Shown piece by piece: positions 53,335 through 62,794 of a stretch of 64,000 nucleotides of DNA. Both the position numbers and the translations under genes were made by a program. The notes under the pieces were generated by a model. It was given only the letters and a program-made list of their open reading frames with translations, searched no databases and was not told where the DNA came from. The stretch comes from an uncultured delta proteobacterium (GTDB taxonomy: Bacteria; Desulfobacterota; BSN033; UBA1163): the NCBI GenBank assembly GCA_963820625.1, contig CAWGAV010000005.1, forward strand, positions 64,083-128,082. Reading direction: 5' to 3'. Every line of letters begins with the position of its first letter. Position 1 is the first letter of the stretch.

Positions 53335-55272
53335 TCAGATTTGGCAGCCTGCTTTTGTTCCTTCATATACTGCATTAATTATTTTCCGGGGCTCGGCACA
53401 ATCTCCGATCATGATAAATTCGGCTATTTCACCTTTAAGATCGCTAAGTTTTTGATCCGCCTGTGCTCCTATTGCTAGCACAACTGTGTCTCCAACAATT
53501 TCCTCGGTTTTCCCATCCTCTTCCACTACCACCCCTTTGAGCGTAATTGAGGTGACCTTTTTCTTTGTAAATACCTCAATATCGAGTTTCTTCCACCTTT
53601 CAAGCATGGTTGTTTTTTCATTCAAAAACATATCCGGGGCAATGTCTTCACGCATTTCAACAATTTTTATCTTCTCACCCTTTTCCGCTAACCACTCTGC
53701 CACCCCGCACCCTACCAATCCCCCCCCGACCACAATGACCATACCTCTGCATTTAGACTTTCCCTGAAGCACATCTCGAGCCTCAACCACATTGACATTA
53801 TCTAACCCAGGTATATTCGGCCTGGCTGGGTATGAACCCGTTGCAACAACAAGCACATCCGGTTTCTCCCTGCTTATCGTGTCCTTGGTAACATTTTTCC
53901 CGATCATTACCTTTACACCGTTTTCGATAACCTGTCTCATTTGGTAACGAGAAAATACATTCCAATCATCACGGGTGGGAGGCATAGCAGCCAGTAGCAT
54001 CAGGCCTCCCAATCGATAGTTCTTCTCGTAGAGAGTCACACTATGTCCTCTTTTGGCCGCCACCCAAGCGGCCTGCATCCCAGCCGGTCCCCCACCAACG
54101 ACCATCACCTTTTTCCTTTTTGGAGCAGGCTTCATATCGAGTTCCTTTTCACGGCCGCACCACGGATTCACTGTACACTGAATATCTATTTGAGAGAAAA
54201 GACGCTCCTGGCATCCCTGACAGGTTATACAGTAGTTGATTTCATCCATCTGTCCATTCATTACCTTATTCGGTAGCTCAGGATCAGATAGGAGAGAGCG
54301 ACCCAGAGCAATGAAATCCGCTTGATTTTTGAGTAATACATCTTCCATAAGTTGAGGCCGGTAGATCTTCGCCACCGCAATGACAGGTTTCGAAGTCACC
54401 CGTTTAACTGCCGCTGCGAGTTCCACCAAGGGAGCAGGTGGGATGGACATGGGTGATATCATCTTCCCCTTAGGAAAAGACTCATATATCTCTCCTGTAA
54501 TATGGAAACCATCTATTCCAGCCTTATCCAGCTCCTTTAAAACTCTCAGGGCATATTCAATGCTTATCCCTCCTTCTATAAAATCGTCTCCATTAAGCCG
54601 TATAGTGATGGGATAGTCTATACCAACCTTTGAACGGACTCTATCAAGTACTTCCAAAACAAAGCGCATACGACCAGAAAAGTCGCCACCATACTTATCT
54701 GTTCGTTGATTTGTATAAGGGGACAGGAATTGATTGATGATATATCCATGGGCTCCGTGTAACTCCACAAAATCTAAACCCGCTTCCTTATTCCGGCGAG
54801 CTCCTTCAGCAAAATCCTCAACCAGCTTCCCTACTTCCTCGGTACTCAGTTCCCGAGGGGTATATCCAGGATCGATAAACTTCATTATTCCACATGGTTT
54901 GGGAGATGGAGCTACCGGCTGCCCGCCGCAAAACGCCGGAACAGTCTGTCGTCCTGCGTGAAATACTTGTGCGCCGAGCTTCGCTCCATGTTGATGTACA
55001 ACATCGGCCAGGCTTTTTAATCCCTTGACACACTTGTCATCGTAAATACCCAGTTGGTTTAGGAACCCTCTTCCAATGGGCTGAACGTAGCAGGCTTCAA
55101 GCATTATCATGCCCACACCTCCTGCCGCAATAGCTGCGTAGTTATTTAAGAGACGCTCAGTCACAAGTCCGTCATTGGTAGCCCAATTGCGGACCATAGG
55201 TGCCAAAGCAATTCTGTTTTTTACTTTCATCGTGCCGATTTCTCCCGGCTCGAATATCTTTCTAAATTCCAT
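53335..55272 (-). CDS. OYE-like NADH:flavin oxidoreductase fused to an FAD/NAD(P)-binding domain (2,4-dienoyl-CoA reductase FadH-like)
   Basis: 645 aa. N-terminal TIM-barrel OYE pattern (...NRIALAPM..., HGAHGYIINQFLSP), a Cys cluster CITCQGCQE, and C-terminal VMVVGGGPAGM. Confidence 0.9.
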   Translation of the reverse strand: MEFRKIFEPGEIGTMKVKNRIALAPMVRNWATNDGLVTERLLNNYAAIAAGGVGMIMLEACYVQPIGRGFLNQLGIYDDKCVKGLKSLADVVHQHGAKLGAQVFHAGRQTVPAFCGGQPVAPSPKPCGIMKFIDPGYTPRELSTEEVGKLVEDFAEGARRNKEAGLDFVELHGAHGYIINQFLSPYTNQRTDKYGGDFSGRMRFVLEVLDRVRSKVGIDYPITIRLNGDDFIEGGISIEYALRVLKELDKAGIDGFHITGEIYESFPKGKMISPMSIPPAPLVELAAAVKRVTSKPVIAVAKIYRPQLMEDVLLKNQADFIALGRSLLSDPELPNKVMNGQMDEINYCITCQGCQERLFSQIDIQCTVNPWCGREKELDMKPAPKRKKVMVVGGGPAGMQAAWVAAKRGHSVTLYEKNYRLGGLMLLAAMPPTRDDWNVFSRYQMRQVIENGVKVMIGKNVTKDTISREKPDVLVVATGSYPARPNIPGLDNVNVVEARDVLQGKSKCRGMVIVVGGGLVGCGVAEWLAEKGEKIKIVEMREDIAPDMFLNEKTTMLERWKKLDIEVFTKKKVTSITLKGVVVEEDGKTEEIVGDTVVLAIGAQADQKLSDLKGEIAEFIMIGDCAEPRKIINAVYEGTKAGCQI

Positions 55273-55487
55273 CTCACGACCTCCCTTCTCTCTCTTCCAG
55301 GGGAGCCCCTCTTACACTTCTTGATGATCGACCCTTTCTACATTCTTACTGCTTTGTCCCGCTCCTTCTACGCCTCGCCTGCAAAACCGGGATCAAGGCA
55401 TAGCATAAGAATTCGATCCTTGGGCGTTAAAGGTCCAATGGATAGGGGTTCAAAAAGTTTGTCCATCGAATTACTGTCTTTCCCTTT

Positions 55488-56271
55488 CTATAATCCTAAA
55501 TAAACCCTGATCACTTCTTCATTCTTCTGGATTTCATCGGGCGTACCGGAGGCGATCACCTCTCCGAAATTCAGAACGACGATCCAATCCGAGATGTCCA
55601 TGACCGCTTCCATGTTATGTTCAACAATGAGAAGGGTCTTCCCCTTCTTAATCAAACCATGAATGAGTTCCAGCATCCGGTCGACTGTACCAAGAGGAAG
55701 ACCCGAGGCTGGTTCATCCAGCATGAGCAATTCTGCATCCGTTGCCAAGATTCGTCCAAGGGCTAAGAGCTTCTGCTCACCATAAGAAAGGTTTTCCACC
55801 AGCTCATGGTCTTTATTGTCTAATTCGATAAGCTGAAGGAGGTCTTTGGCTTTTCCGAAATCCTCTTTATCCTCCCTCGTCAAAACCCTGCCACTGAGCA
55901 GGGCATTAAACAAACGCTCACCTTTCCGGTTCTGAAACCCTAAGAGGATATTCTCGATAACTGTCAGTTTATACAAGAGCCTTAAATCCTGGAATGTTCT
56001 GGCAATTCCTAACTGCACAATCTGATGAGGACCCAGCCCCGTTATTTCCTGGCCTTTGAAAAAGATCTGGCCTCTATCAGGCCACAGGTAACCCGAAATT
56101 AGGTTGAAGGTCGTCGTCTTTCCAGCTCCGTTGGGACCAATGAGGCTGGTGATCCTATTTCGCTCGAGGCCGAAAGGTGAGATTGCACACAGCACTGAGG
56201 CCGCCGAAACTCTTGTTCAAATTGACCACGTGAAAGTATTGATTCTCGTCTTTGATATCTAGGTCTTTCAT
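55488..56271 (-). pseudogene. ABC transporter ATP-binding protein (LivG-like), frameshifted near 56183-56196
   Basis: ATG at 56271 gives MKDLDIKDENQYFHVVNLNKSFGGLSAVC..., then a premature stop. The Walker A continuation ...AISPFGLERNRITSLIGPNGAGKTT is in the +1 frame (ORF 55488-56195). Confidence 0.8.
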
Positions 56272-56273
56272 GT

Positions 56274-57149
56274 CTATGATGATTTTCTCCTGTATCCTGG
56301 AAGAATCCCCTGGGGCCGGAAACGCATGAAAATCACGAGCAACGCCCCATAGATCATCTGGCGCAATGGGGCTGCAATAGCTTCCGATACTTGCAAAAAC
56401 TTAAGGATCTCCGGCAAGCTGATGAGGATGAAAGCGCCGACCATCGACCCGAAGATATTCCCAGTTCCTCCAATAATGACCACCGCCAGCATGAAAATAG
56501 AGTCATGAACAGTAAAGCAGAATGGATCGATGAAACGGATGGCTGAAGCGTAAAGGCTTCCAGCAATGGCGGCAATAGAAGAACCCACGACAAAGATGAT
56601 GACCTTGAAACGGTTCACATTCTTTCCCAATGATGAAGCCGCCACCTCATCTTCCCTGATCGATTTGAGAACCAGACCGAATCGGGATCGTGTGACGCGC
56701 CACACAAAGAGGACGCAGATCAGCGTGATGCTGCTGGCCAGGATCAGGTAGGATCCATAAGTGGAGAACCTATAGCCAAATATCTTCGGCCGAGGAATGC
56801 CAGAAAATCCAAAGGGACCATTGGTGAGAGAAACCCAGTTAAGGAGAATGCTATATAAAATGATCTGGAGCCCAAAAGAGGCAATAATGTAATGGTCTCC
56901 TTTCACTCTCAAAAAAGGAAGGGCCAGAAGACCACTGACCACGGCAGCAATCCCAACCCCCAGAGGAATGGTAAGTAGAAAGTTCATTCCAAACTTTAGG
57001 AGAAGGATGGTCGTCGTGTAGGCGCCTATGGCCATGAACCCAGCATGGGCAATGGAGATGAGGCCTGTGAAACCTACCAGGAGATTCAAGGAGATGGCAA
57101 GGATGATGTAGATGTCCACCAAGATGAGGATATAAAAAATATAGTCCAT
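56274..57149 (-). CDS. branched-chain amino acid-type ABC permease (LivM-like)
   Basis: MDYIFYILILVDIYIILAISLNLLVGFTGLISIAHAGFMAIGAY... The start is set at the ATG at 57149. Confidence 0.85.
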   Translation of the reverse strand: MDYIFYILILVDIYIILAISLNLLVGFTGLISIAHAGFMAIGAYTTTILLLKFGMNFLLTIPLGVGIAAVVSGLLALPFLRVKGDHYIIASFGLQIILYSILLNWVSLTNGPFGFSGIPRPKIFGYRFSTYGSYLILASSITLICVLFVWRVTRSRFGLVLKSIREDEVAASSLGKNVNRFKVIIFVVGSSIAAIAGSLYASAIRFIDPFCFTVHDSIFMLAVVIIGGTGNIFGSMVGAFILISLPEILKFLQVSEAIAAPLRQMIYGALLVIFMRFRPQGILPGYRRKSS

Positions 57150-57160
57150 GAATAAAATTC

Positions 57161-58030
57161 CTAAGTCTTTTTGATCATCAGTCCCGTCGGCCTGAACAGG
57201 ATAAAGACCACTAAGATTCCAAAGGCAATAGAGGATTTCCATTCTGACGGGATCTTCCATATCCCTATGTTCTCAACAATGCCCAAGAGCATCCCGGCTA
57301 AAGCGGTACCTGAGTAATTTCCAATCCCCCCCACGATGACGGCAATCACAGCAATGAGCAGAGCCATGATGCCGGAATTAGGATCGATCCCCACATCCAT
57401 TGTCGCTAAAATAGAGGAAACGGCAGCCAGGGCAGAACCCACCCCATAAACCAAAAAACGAATTCGGATAGGGTCGATCCCAACAATCTCTGTCATTTCC
57501 GAGTCACTTTCTACAGCCCGAATAGCCTTTCCTATCTTCGTCTTTTTGATAAACAGGAGGAGTAAGACCCAAAGGATGGCGCCCATTCCGATCATGATGA
57601 GTTGAAGGTAGGTTATGCTGATGCTTCCAATCATCATGCTCCTACGAATTGGATCCGTCACCGGCAAAACCCTCGGATCGCTGTGCCAGAGGATGATGAT
57701 CAGGTTCTGAAGGAGGATGAACAGACCGAGAGAACTCACCAGGATCTCCATTGGCGAAGCACCCAAGTTCCGCAATGGTTTATAGACCAATCCCTCAATG
57801 CCGATCCCCAAAAGGATCGCCGAGAAAATCGAAAGGCCGATGGACGGGATTAAGGGGAGACGCCAAAATACATTGAAATGGTAAGCGAGGTAACCGGCGA
57901 CGCTGTAGATCGCACCGTGGGCAAAGTGAAAGGTTCGAGTATTGGAATAAATGATTCCAAAGCCCAAACCCAGTAGGGCGTAGACGCTACCTGCAATGAT
58001 CCCGTTTGCGAACAGTTGTAAGAGGAGCAC
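57161..58030 (-). CDS. branched-chain amino acid-type ABC permease (LivH-like)
   Basis: MLLLQLFANGIIAGSVYALLGLGFGIIY...FHFAHGAIY... 289 aa. Confidence 0.85.
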   Translation of the reverse strand: MLLLQLFANGIIAGSVYALLGLGFGIIYSNTRTFHFAHGAIYSVAGYLAYHFNVFWRLPLIPSIGLSIFSAILLGIGIEGLVYKPLRNLGASPMEILVSSLGLFILLQNLIIILWHSDPRVLPVTDPIRRSMMIGSISITYLQLIMIGMGAILWVLLLLFIKKTKIGKAIRAVESDSEMTEIVGIDPIRIRFLVYGVGSALAAVSSILATMDVGIDPNSGIMALLIAVIAVIVGGIGNYSGTALAGMLLGIVENIGIWKIPSEWKSSIAFGILVVFILFRPTGLMIKKT

Positions 58031-58095
58031 AGATCAGATCCTTTCACTCAGTCCTGGGATAGACTTGGGATTGCCACAACTCGGACCCAACCCAA

Positions 58096-59211
58096 TCATT
58101 TATAAGATACGAAATTTCCTCCTTTGACGACCAGGAACCTGCACGGGAGATCCACCATCCCATCCTTGTCGATGCTGATTCTTCCGATGATGGTGTCCCA
58201 ATCTTTAACGGTGAAAAGATATTTTGAGATCTCCGGGCCGGTTCGGGCTCCGCTGGCAATCGCCTTGGCGAAAAGCATGGCGGCAATATAGGAGTTGGCT
58301 GAATAGATCGTGGGGATGACCCCGAAGGCATTCTTGAAGCGTTGGCCAAATTCCTTCATCTTAGGAGTCCCACCGACCGGATCATAGGGGAAGGCCACAG
58401 CGTAAAATCCCTCTGCAGCCTCTCCGGCGATCTTCAGAGTTTCAGGAGCACCGGTGGCAATAGTCCCCGTCCAGGGAGTCTTCATACCAAATTCCCGCGC
58501 CTGTTTGATCGCCCGGCCGCACTCATTGGCATGGCCGGCAAAATAGACCACATCGGGGTTTTGGGCCCGGATCTTGGCCAATTGCGTCCGATAATCGGTG
58601 GCGCCGAGGTCATAGATCTCCTTCCCTTCTACTTTTCCGCCAAGGTCAGTGAAGACCTTCTCAAAAATATCCTTTGCCCCATGGCCGTACTCGTTGTTCA
58701 CATACAGAATAGAAGCTTTCTTGGCCTTAAGCTCTGTAAATGAAAACTGTGCCGATCCTTTACTTTCCGTTGCCGTCCCCGGGATAATGCTGAAGACATA
58801 GGGTTTACCCGCTTCCCGAATCTTCGGATGGGTGGCGGCTGTATTCATTAAAACAATCTTATTCTCGGCAGCAACCAAAGCAAGGGCAAGGACTACGCTC
58901 GATCCCACAGTTTCAAAATACTGTACCTTGTCGATATTGATCAATTTTGCGAGGCATGCCAATGCAACCTTAGGGACATTCTGTCCATCCTCTGCGACGA
59001 CCTGGACCTTGCCATCTTTAAGCATCGCGCTCTTATGGATATCCTCCAAGGCCAGCTCAAAACCCCTTAACGTGTATTCACCATGTTGGGGAATGCCTCC
59101 GGTCAGACATGCCACGGTGCCTAACTTGTAAACTTCCGCACCATAGGAAAGATTGAAACAAAAAATGGATAAAAGAATCAAAAAAATCTTAACCACCATT
59201 GTCTTCTTCAT
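58096..59211 (-). CDS. ABC transporter substrate-binding protein (LivK family)
   Basis: Signal peptide MKKTMVVKIFLILLSIFCF and a type-I PBP pattern. The start is set at the ATG at 59211. Confidence 0.85.
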   Translation of the reverse strand: MKKTMVVKIFLILLSIFCFNLSYGAEVYKLGTVACLTGGIPQHGEYTLRGFELALEDIHKSAMLKDGKVQVVAEDGQNVPKVALACLAKLINIDKVQYFETVGSSVVLALALVAAENKIVLMNTAATHPKIREAGKPYVFSIIPGTATESKGSAQFSFTELKAKKASILYVNNEYGHGAKDIFEKVFTDLGGKVEGKEIYDLGATDYRTQLAKIRAQNPDVVYFAGHANECGRAIKQAREFGMKTPWTGTIATGAPETLKIAGEAAEGFYAVAFPYDPVGGTPKMKEFGQRFKNAFGVIPTIYSANSYIAAMLFAKAIASGARTGPEISKYLFTVKDWDTIIGRISIDKDGMVDLPCRFLVVKGGNFVSYK

Positions 59212-59347
59212 TTTTCCCTCCTTTTCCCAGACTCGGGCCGGAGTTTCCGGCTCGACGGTGTCCAAAAAGATATCATCGCTTCATACTCTTCTATCCGTCA
59301 CCTCCTCCTTCTTTAAGTTCGCACCACTCAAAGAAATCCATCGAATG

Positions 59348-60055
59348 TCAACTCAGATAGCTTTTCCTCAATCTCTCATCCTCTAAAAGTGCAACAGGAT
59401 GACGATCTTCCAGGACGATCTTGCCCACCCTTAACACGTAGGCCTTCTGTGCAAAGGAGAAGGCTTCCCGGACATTCTGTTCCACGATGAGAACACTCGT
59501 TTCCATCCTCTGTCTGATTTCTAAAACGGTCTTCATCAGTTCTTTGACTAAAAGCGGGGCCAGACCTGCGGAGGGTTCGTCAAGAAGCAATAGTTTTGGG
59601 ATCAGCATAAGAGCCCTTCCAATGGCTAACATCTGGCGCTCACCTCCACTCAGAGAATTGGCCCTTTGGAACCTTCTCTCCTTCAAGATTGGAAAGAGAT
59701 GGTAAATATATTCAACATGCTTATTCGTGGTCGATGGATCCAAAAGGTACCCTCCAAGTTGGAGATTTTCAAAAACCGAGAGATCAGGAAAAACTCTCCC
59801 GCCTTGGGGGACCAAGGAGACCCCATCCTTCACATTCTCCGAAGCCTTTCTGTGACTGATATCCTTCCCGTCAAAAAATATCTGACCTTTTTGAGGATGG
59901 AGGAGCCCCTGTATGGTATTCAATGTAGTTGTCTTTCCTGCTCCGTTTGGCCCCACGAGGGCAACGATTTCCCCCCGCTCCAAAGAGAGGGAGATACCGA
60001 ATATGACCTGCTTCTTATGATAACTCACTTCCAGATCTATGACCTGAAGAAGCAT
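59348..60055 (-). CDS. ABC transporter ATP-binding protein (LivF-like)
   Basis: MLLQVIDLEVSYHKK..., Walker A GPNGAGKTT, signature LSGGERQMLAI, Walker B LLLLDEP. Confidence 0.85.
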   Translation of the reverse strand: MLLQVIDLEVSYHKKQVIFGISLSLERGEIVALVGPNGAGKTTTLNTIQGLLHPQKGQIFFDGKDISHRKASENVKDGVSLVPQGGRVFPDLSVFENLQLGGYLLDPSTTNKHVEYIYHLFPILKERRFQRANSLSGGERQMLAIGRALMLIPKLLLLDEPSAGLAPLLVKELMKTVLEIRQRMETSVLIVEQNVREAFSFAQKAYVLRVGKIVLEDRHPVALLEDERLRKSYLS

Positions 60056-60360
60056 CTGACTCCCTTTATCTATTCCATCCACCCATAAATATTGAGCTTC
60101 TTTTTTCGAAGAACGAAAGGATCCCTTCGTCCCTTCTATGAAATCCTCATATTAAATTGCATAGGTGCATTAAACCATCCGTAGTGTAGCCTTCACGGGC
60201 TAAAATGAAAACTGAAAGGGTTTTGCTTTAAGTCTTGCGCTTTCAGCCGAATCTGCAATGTAGCCCTTTATGGGCGTAAATGGGAAGGCGCACCTGTGTA
60301 CCGAAGCACTTCTGTGCGCAGGCACAAGACCCCACACAACAAAATGTTTATAACGTTTAA

Positions 60361-61913
60361 TTACGTTTGTATTTTTTGTATTATTACTTTTTCCCCTTGC
60401 CCCGCTCCCGGAGTCCTCTTTAAAACCTTTCCTGAAGGATTTCTGGGTAGAAGGTCAATAAACTCTATTTCCTTAGGGACTTTAAACTCGGCTAACTTCG
60501 TTGAACAGTGAGCGATGATCTCCTCAGCAGAGAGGCTCTCTCCTTTCTTCAGCACCACATAAGCTTTTGGAACTTCCAGCCATTTGGGATGGGGAATGCC
60601 CACCACAGCCGTCTCAAGGACCTGAGGCAATTGGTAGATCACCCGCTCGACTTCCAGGGATGCAATATTCTCGCCTCCGCTGATGATGATGTCCTTCTTC
60701 ACGGTCTCTAAATGTACAGATACCCTTCTTCGTCAAGCCTTCCAATATCTCCGGTATGAAACCAGCTGTCCTTGATTGCTTCAGCTGTTGCTTCCGGGTT
60801 TTTCCAATATCCTTTGAAAACCTTGGGGCCCCGGAGAACGATCTCGCCCAATTCGCCAGGAGGAACGTCTTTCCCTTGTCCGTCAACCGTTCGAACACGA
60901 AGTTGAATAACCGGTTTGCCCACTGACCCGATCTTTTCAACCATTTTATCCCGCGATAGAAAGGTGTCCCCAGAAACTGTCTCTGTCAAGCCGTAAGCGT
61001 CAGCAAACCAAGTGCTTGGAAATTTTTCTTTGATCTTATTGATCAGTGGCAACGGCATCTTCTCCCCACCATCGATAAGAAACCGAGGGGAGCTTACATC
61101 ATATTGGTCAAAGGAGGGCTCTTGAAAAAGAATATTGACCATAGCCGGCGCGAACCATGTATTGGTAATCCTCTCTTTTTGAATCGTCTCCAACACAAGG
61201 ATCGGTTCAAATCTTCCAAGAATGACCAAACTCCCCCCTGCATAGAGTGTTCCCGTCGCGGGCAGATCCAAACCGCCCACGTGGTACAAAGGGCCCGCGA
61301 CCAAAGTCTTGTCCTCGGGCTTTAAATCGAACATCTGGATATGGCCAATATTCTTCCAATAAACGTTACCATAGGTAATCATTACCCCTTTCGGATGGGC
61401 TGTTGTCCCTGAGGTATACATGAGCCTCTGCAAATCTTCCAGATCTACAAAGGCATGGGGGACCGTAGCCCCTTTATTCTCGTTCACAATGGAATCATAA
61501 CTCACCCACCCTTGAGGAACCTCCTTGCCTACGGCGATAAGATTCTTCACCCCAGGAATCTCTTGTTTAATGGCACGAATCATCGAGTCGAACTCCGCCT
61601 CTGAGATCATCATCTTTGCCTCGGAGTGGTTCAGGATATAGGTAATCTCTGGGCCGGCGAGTCGATAATTAAGAGGAAGCCATATCCCTCCTAATTTGTT
61701 GACAGCGAAGGTGACTTCAATAAATTCGGCGCAGTTGTAAAGCAAGATAGCCACCACGTCGCCCCGTTTGATTCCAAGCTTCTGCAGTCCCCTGGCCAAG
61801 GCATCTACTCTTTTCTTCAATTCTTTATAGGTAAATCTCCGTCCTTCAAAGACAATCGCTTCTTTATCTGGAAACTTTTCCACGTTCCTCTCAAGAACAT
61901 AACTCCAATTCAT
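60361..61913 (-). pseudogene. AMP-dependent acyl-CoA synthetase, frameshifted near 60703-60713
   Basis: ORF 60708-61913 ends ...GDIGRLDEEGYLYI*. The conserved continuation (V)KKDIIISGGENIASLEVE... is in another frame (ORF 60361-60702). AMP motif YTSGTTAHPKG. Confidence 0.85.
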
Positions 61914-61941
61914 ATCTCCATCCTCCTTGAACCGATCCTTC

Positions 61942-62733
61942 TCAGCCTTTCCAAAGATTTCGCTTTCGATGTTTCATATCTCGGTAACTCATCCTCTCGC
62001 CGGCCTTGCTATATCCCAGATAGAACTCCCGCACTTCCTCATTATCCCTCAATGACCCCGGTGGTCCGTTTAGAGCTATCCGACCATTCTCCATAATATA
62101 GCCATAATCTGCGACAGAGAGCCCAGCCAAAGCATTCTGTTCCACTAATAGTATCGATGTACCTTCCCCAAGATTGATGCTTTTCACAACTCTGAAAATC
62201 TCTTTGGTCATTAAAGGACTGAGACCCAGTGAGGGTTCATCTAAGAGAAGGACTTTAGGGTGGCCCATTAAGGCACGGCCGATAACCAACATCTGTTGTT
62301 CGCCGCCGGATAAGTAACCGCTCGTTTGACTCCGGAGATCTTTAAGCCGGGGGAAGAAGGAGTAGGTGGCATCGATATCCCTCTTGAGGTTATACCTGCC
62401 CTTCACAGGGGAAGCCCCGACGATCAAATTTTCCTCGACGGTGAGGTGTTCGAACACCCTTCGTCTCTCCATCACTTGTACAATTCCTAACTCAACAATA
62501 TCTTCTGGCCCAAACCTCTCAATTCTCTTCCCGTCAAGCAAGATATGGCCTTTGCTGACTCTGCCCAGCTCTGTATGAAGTAATCCTGAAATAGCTTTGA
62601 GGGTCGTTGACTTGCCTGCTCCATTGGCACCAAGAAGGGCAGTGATGCTCTTGTCCTTGACTTCGAGTGAAACCCCTCTTAAGACAAGGACCACATTACT
62701 GTAGATGACCTCAATGTTGTTGACGCTTAGCAT
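61942..62733 (-). CDS. ABC transporter ATP-binding protein (LivF-like with a basic C-terminal extension)
   Basis: Walker A GANGAGKST, signature LSGGEQQMLVI, Walker B VLLLDEP. 263 aa. Confidence 0.85.
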   Translation of the reverse strand: MLSVNNIEVIYSNVVLVLRGVSLEVKDKSITALLGANGAGKSTTLKAISGLLHTELGRVSKGHILLDGKRIERFGPEDIVELGIVQVMERRRVFEHLTVEENLIVGASPVKGRYNLKRDIDATYSFFPRLKDLRSQTSGYLSGGEQQMLVIGRALMGHPKVLLLDEPSLGLSPLMTKEIFRVVKSINLGEGTSILLVEQNALAGLSVADYGYIMENGRIALNGPPGSLRDNEEVREFYLGYSKAGERMSYRDMKHRKRNLWKG

Positions 62734-62794
62734 CCTCCCCTCTCATGATTACCGCCCAGCGTCAGATTCTTTTGCCACGACCCTGGGCAGATGA

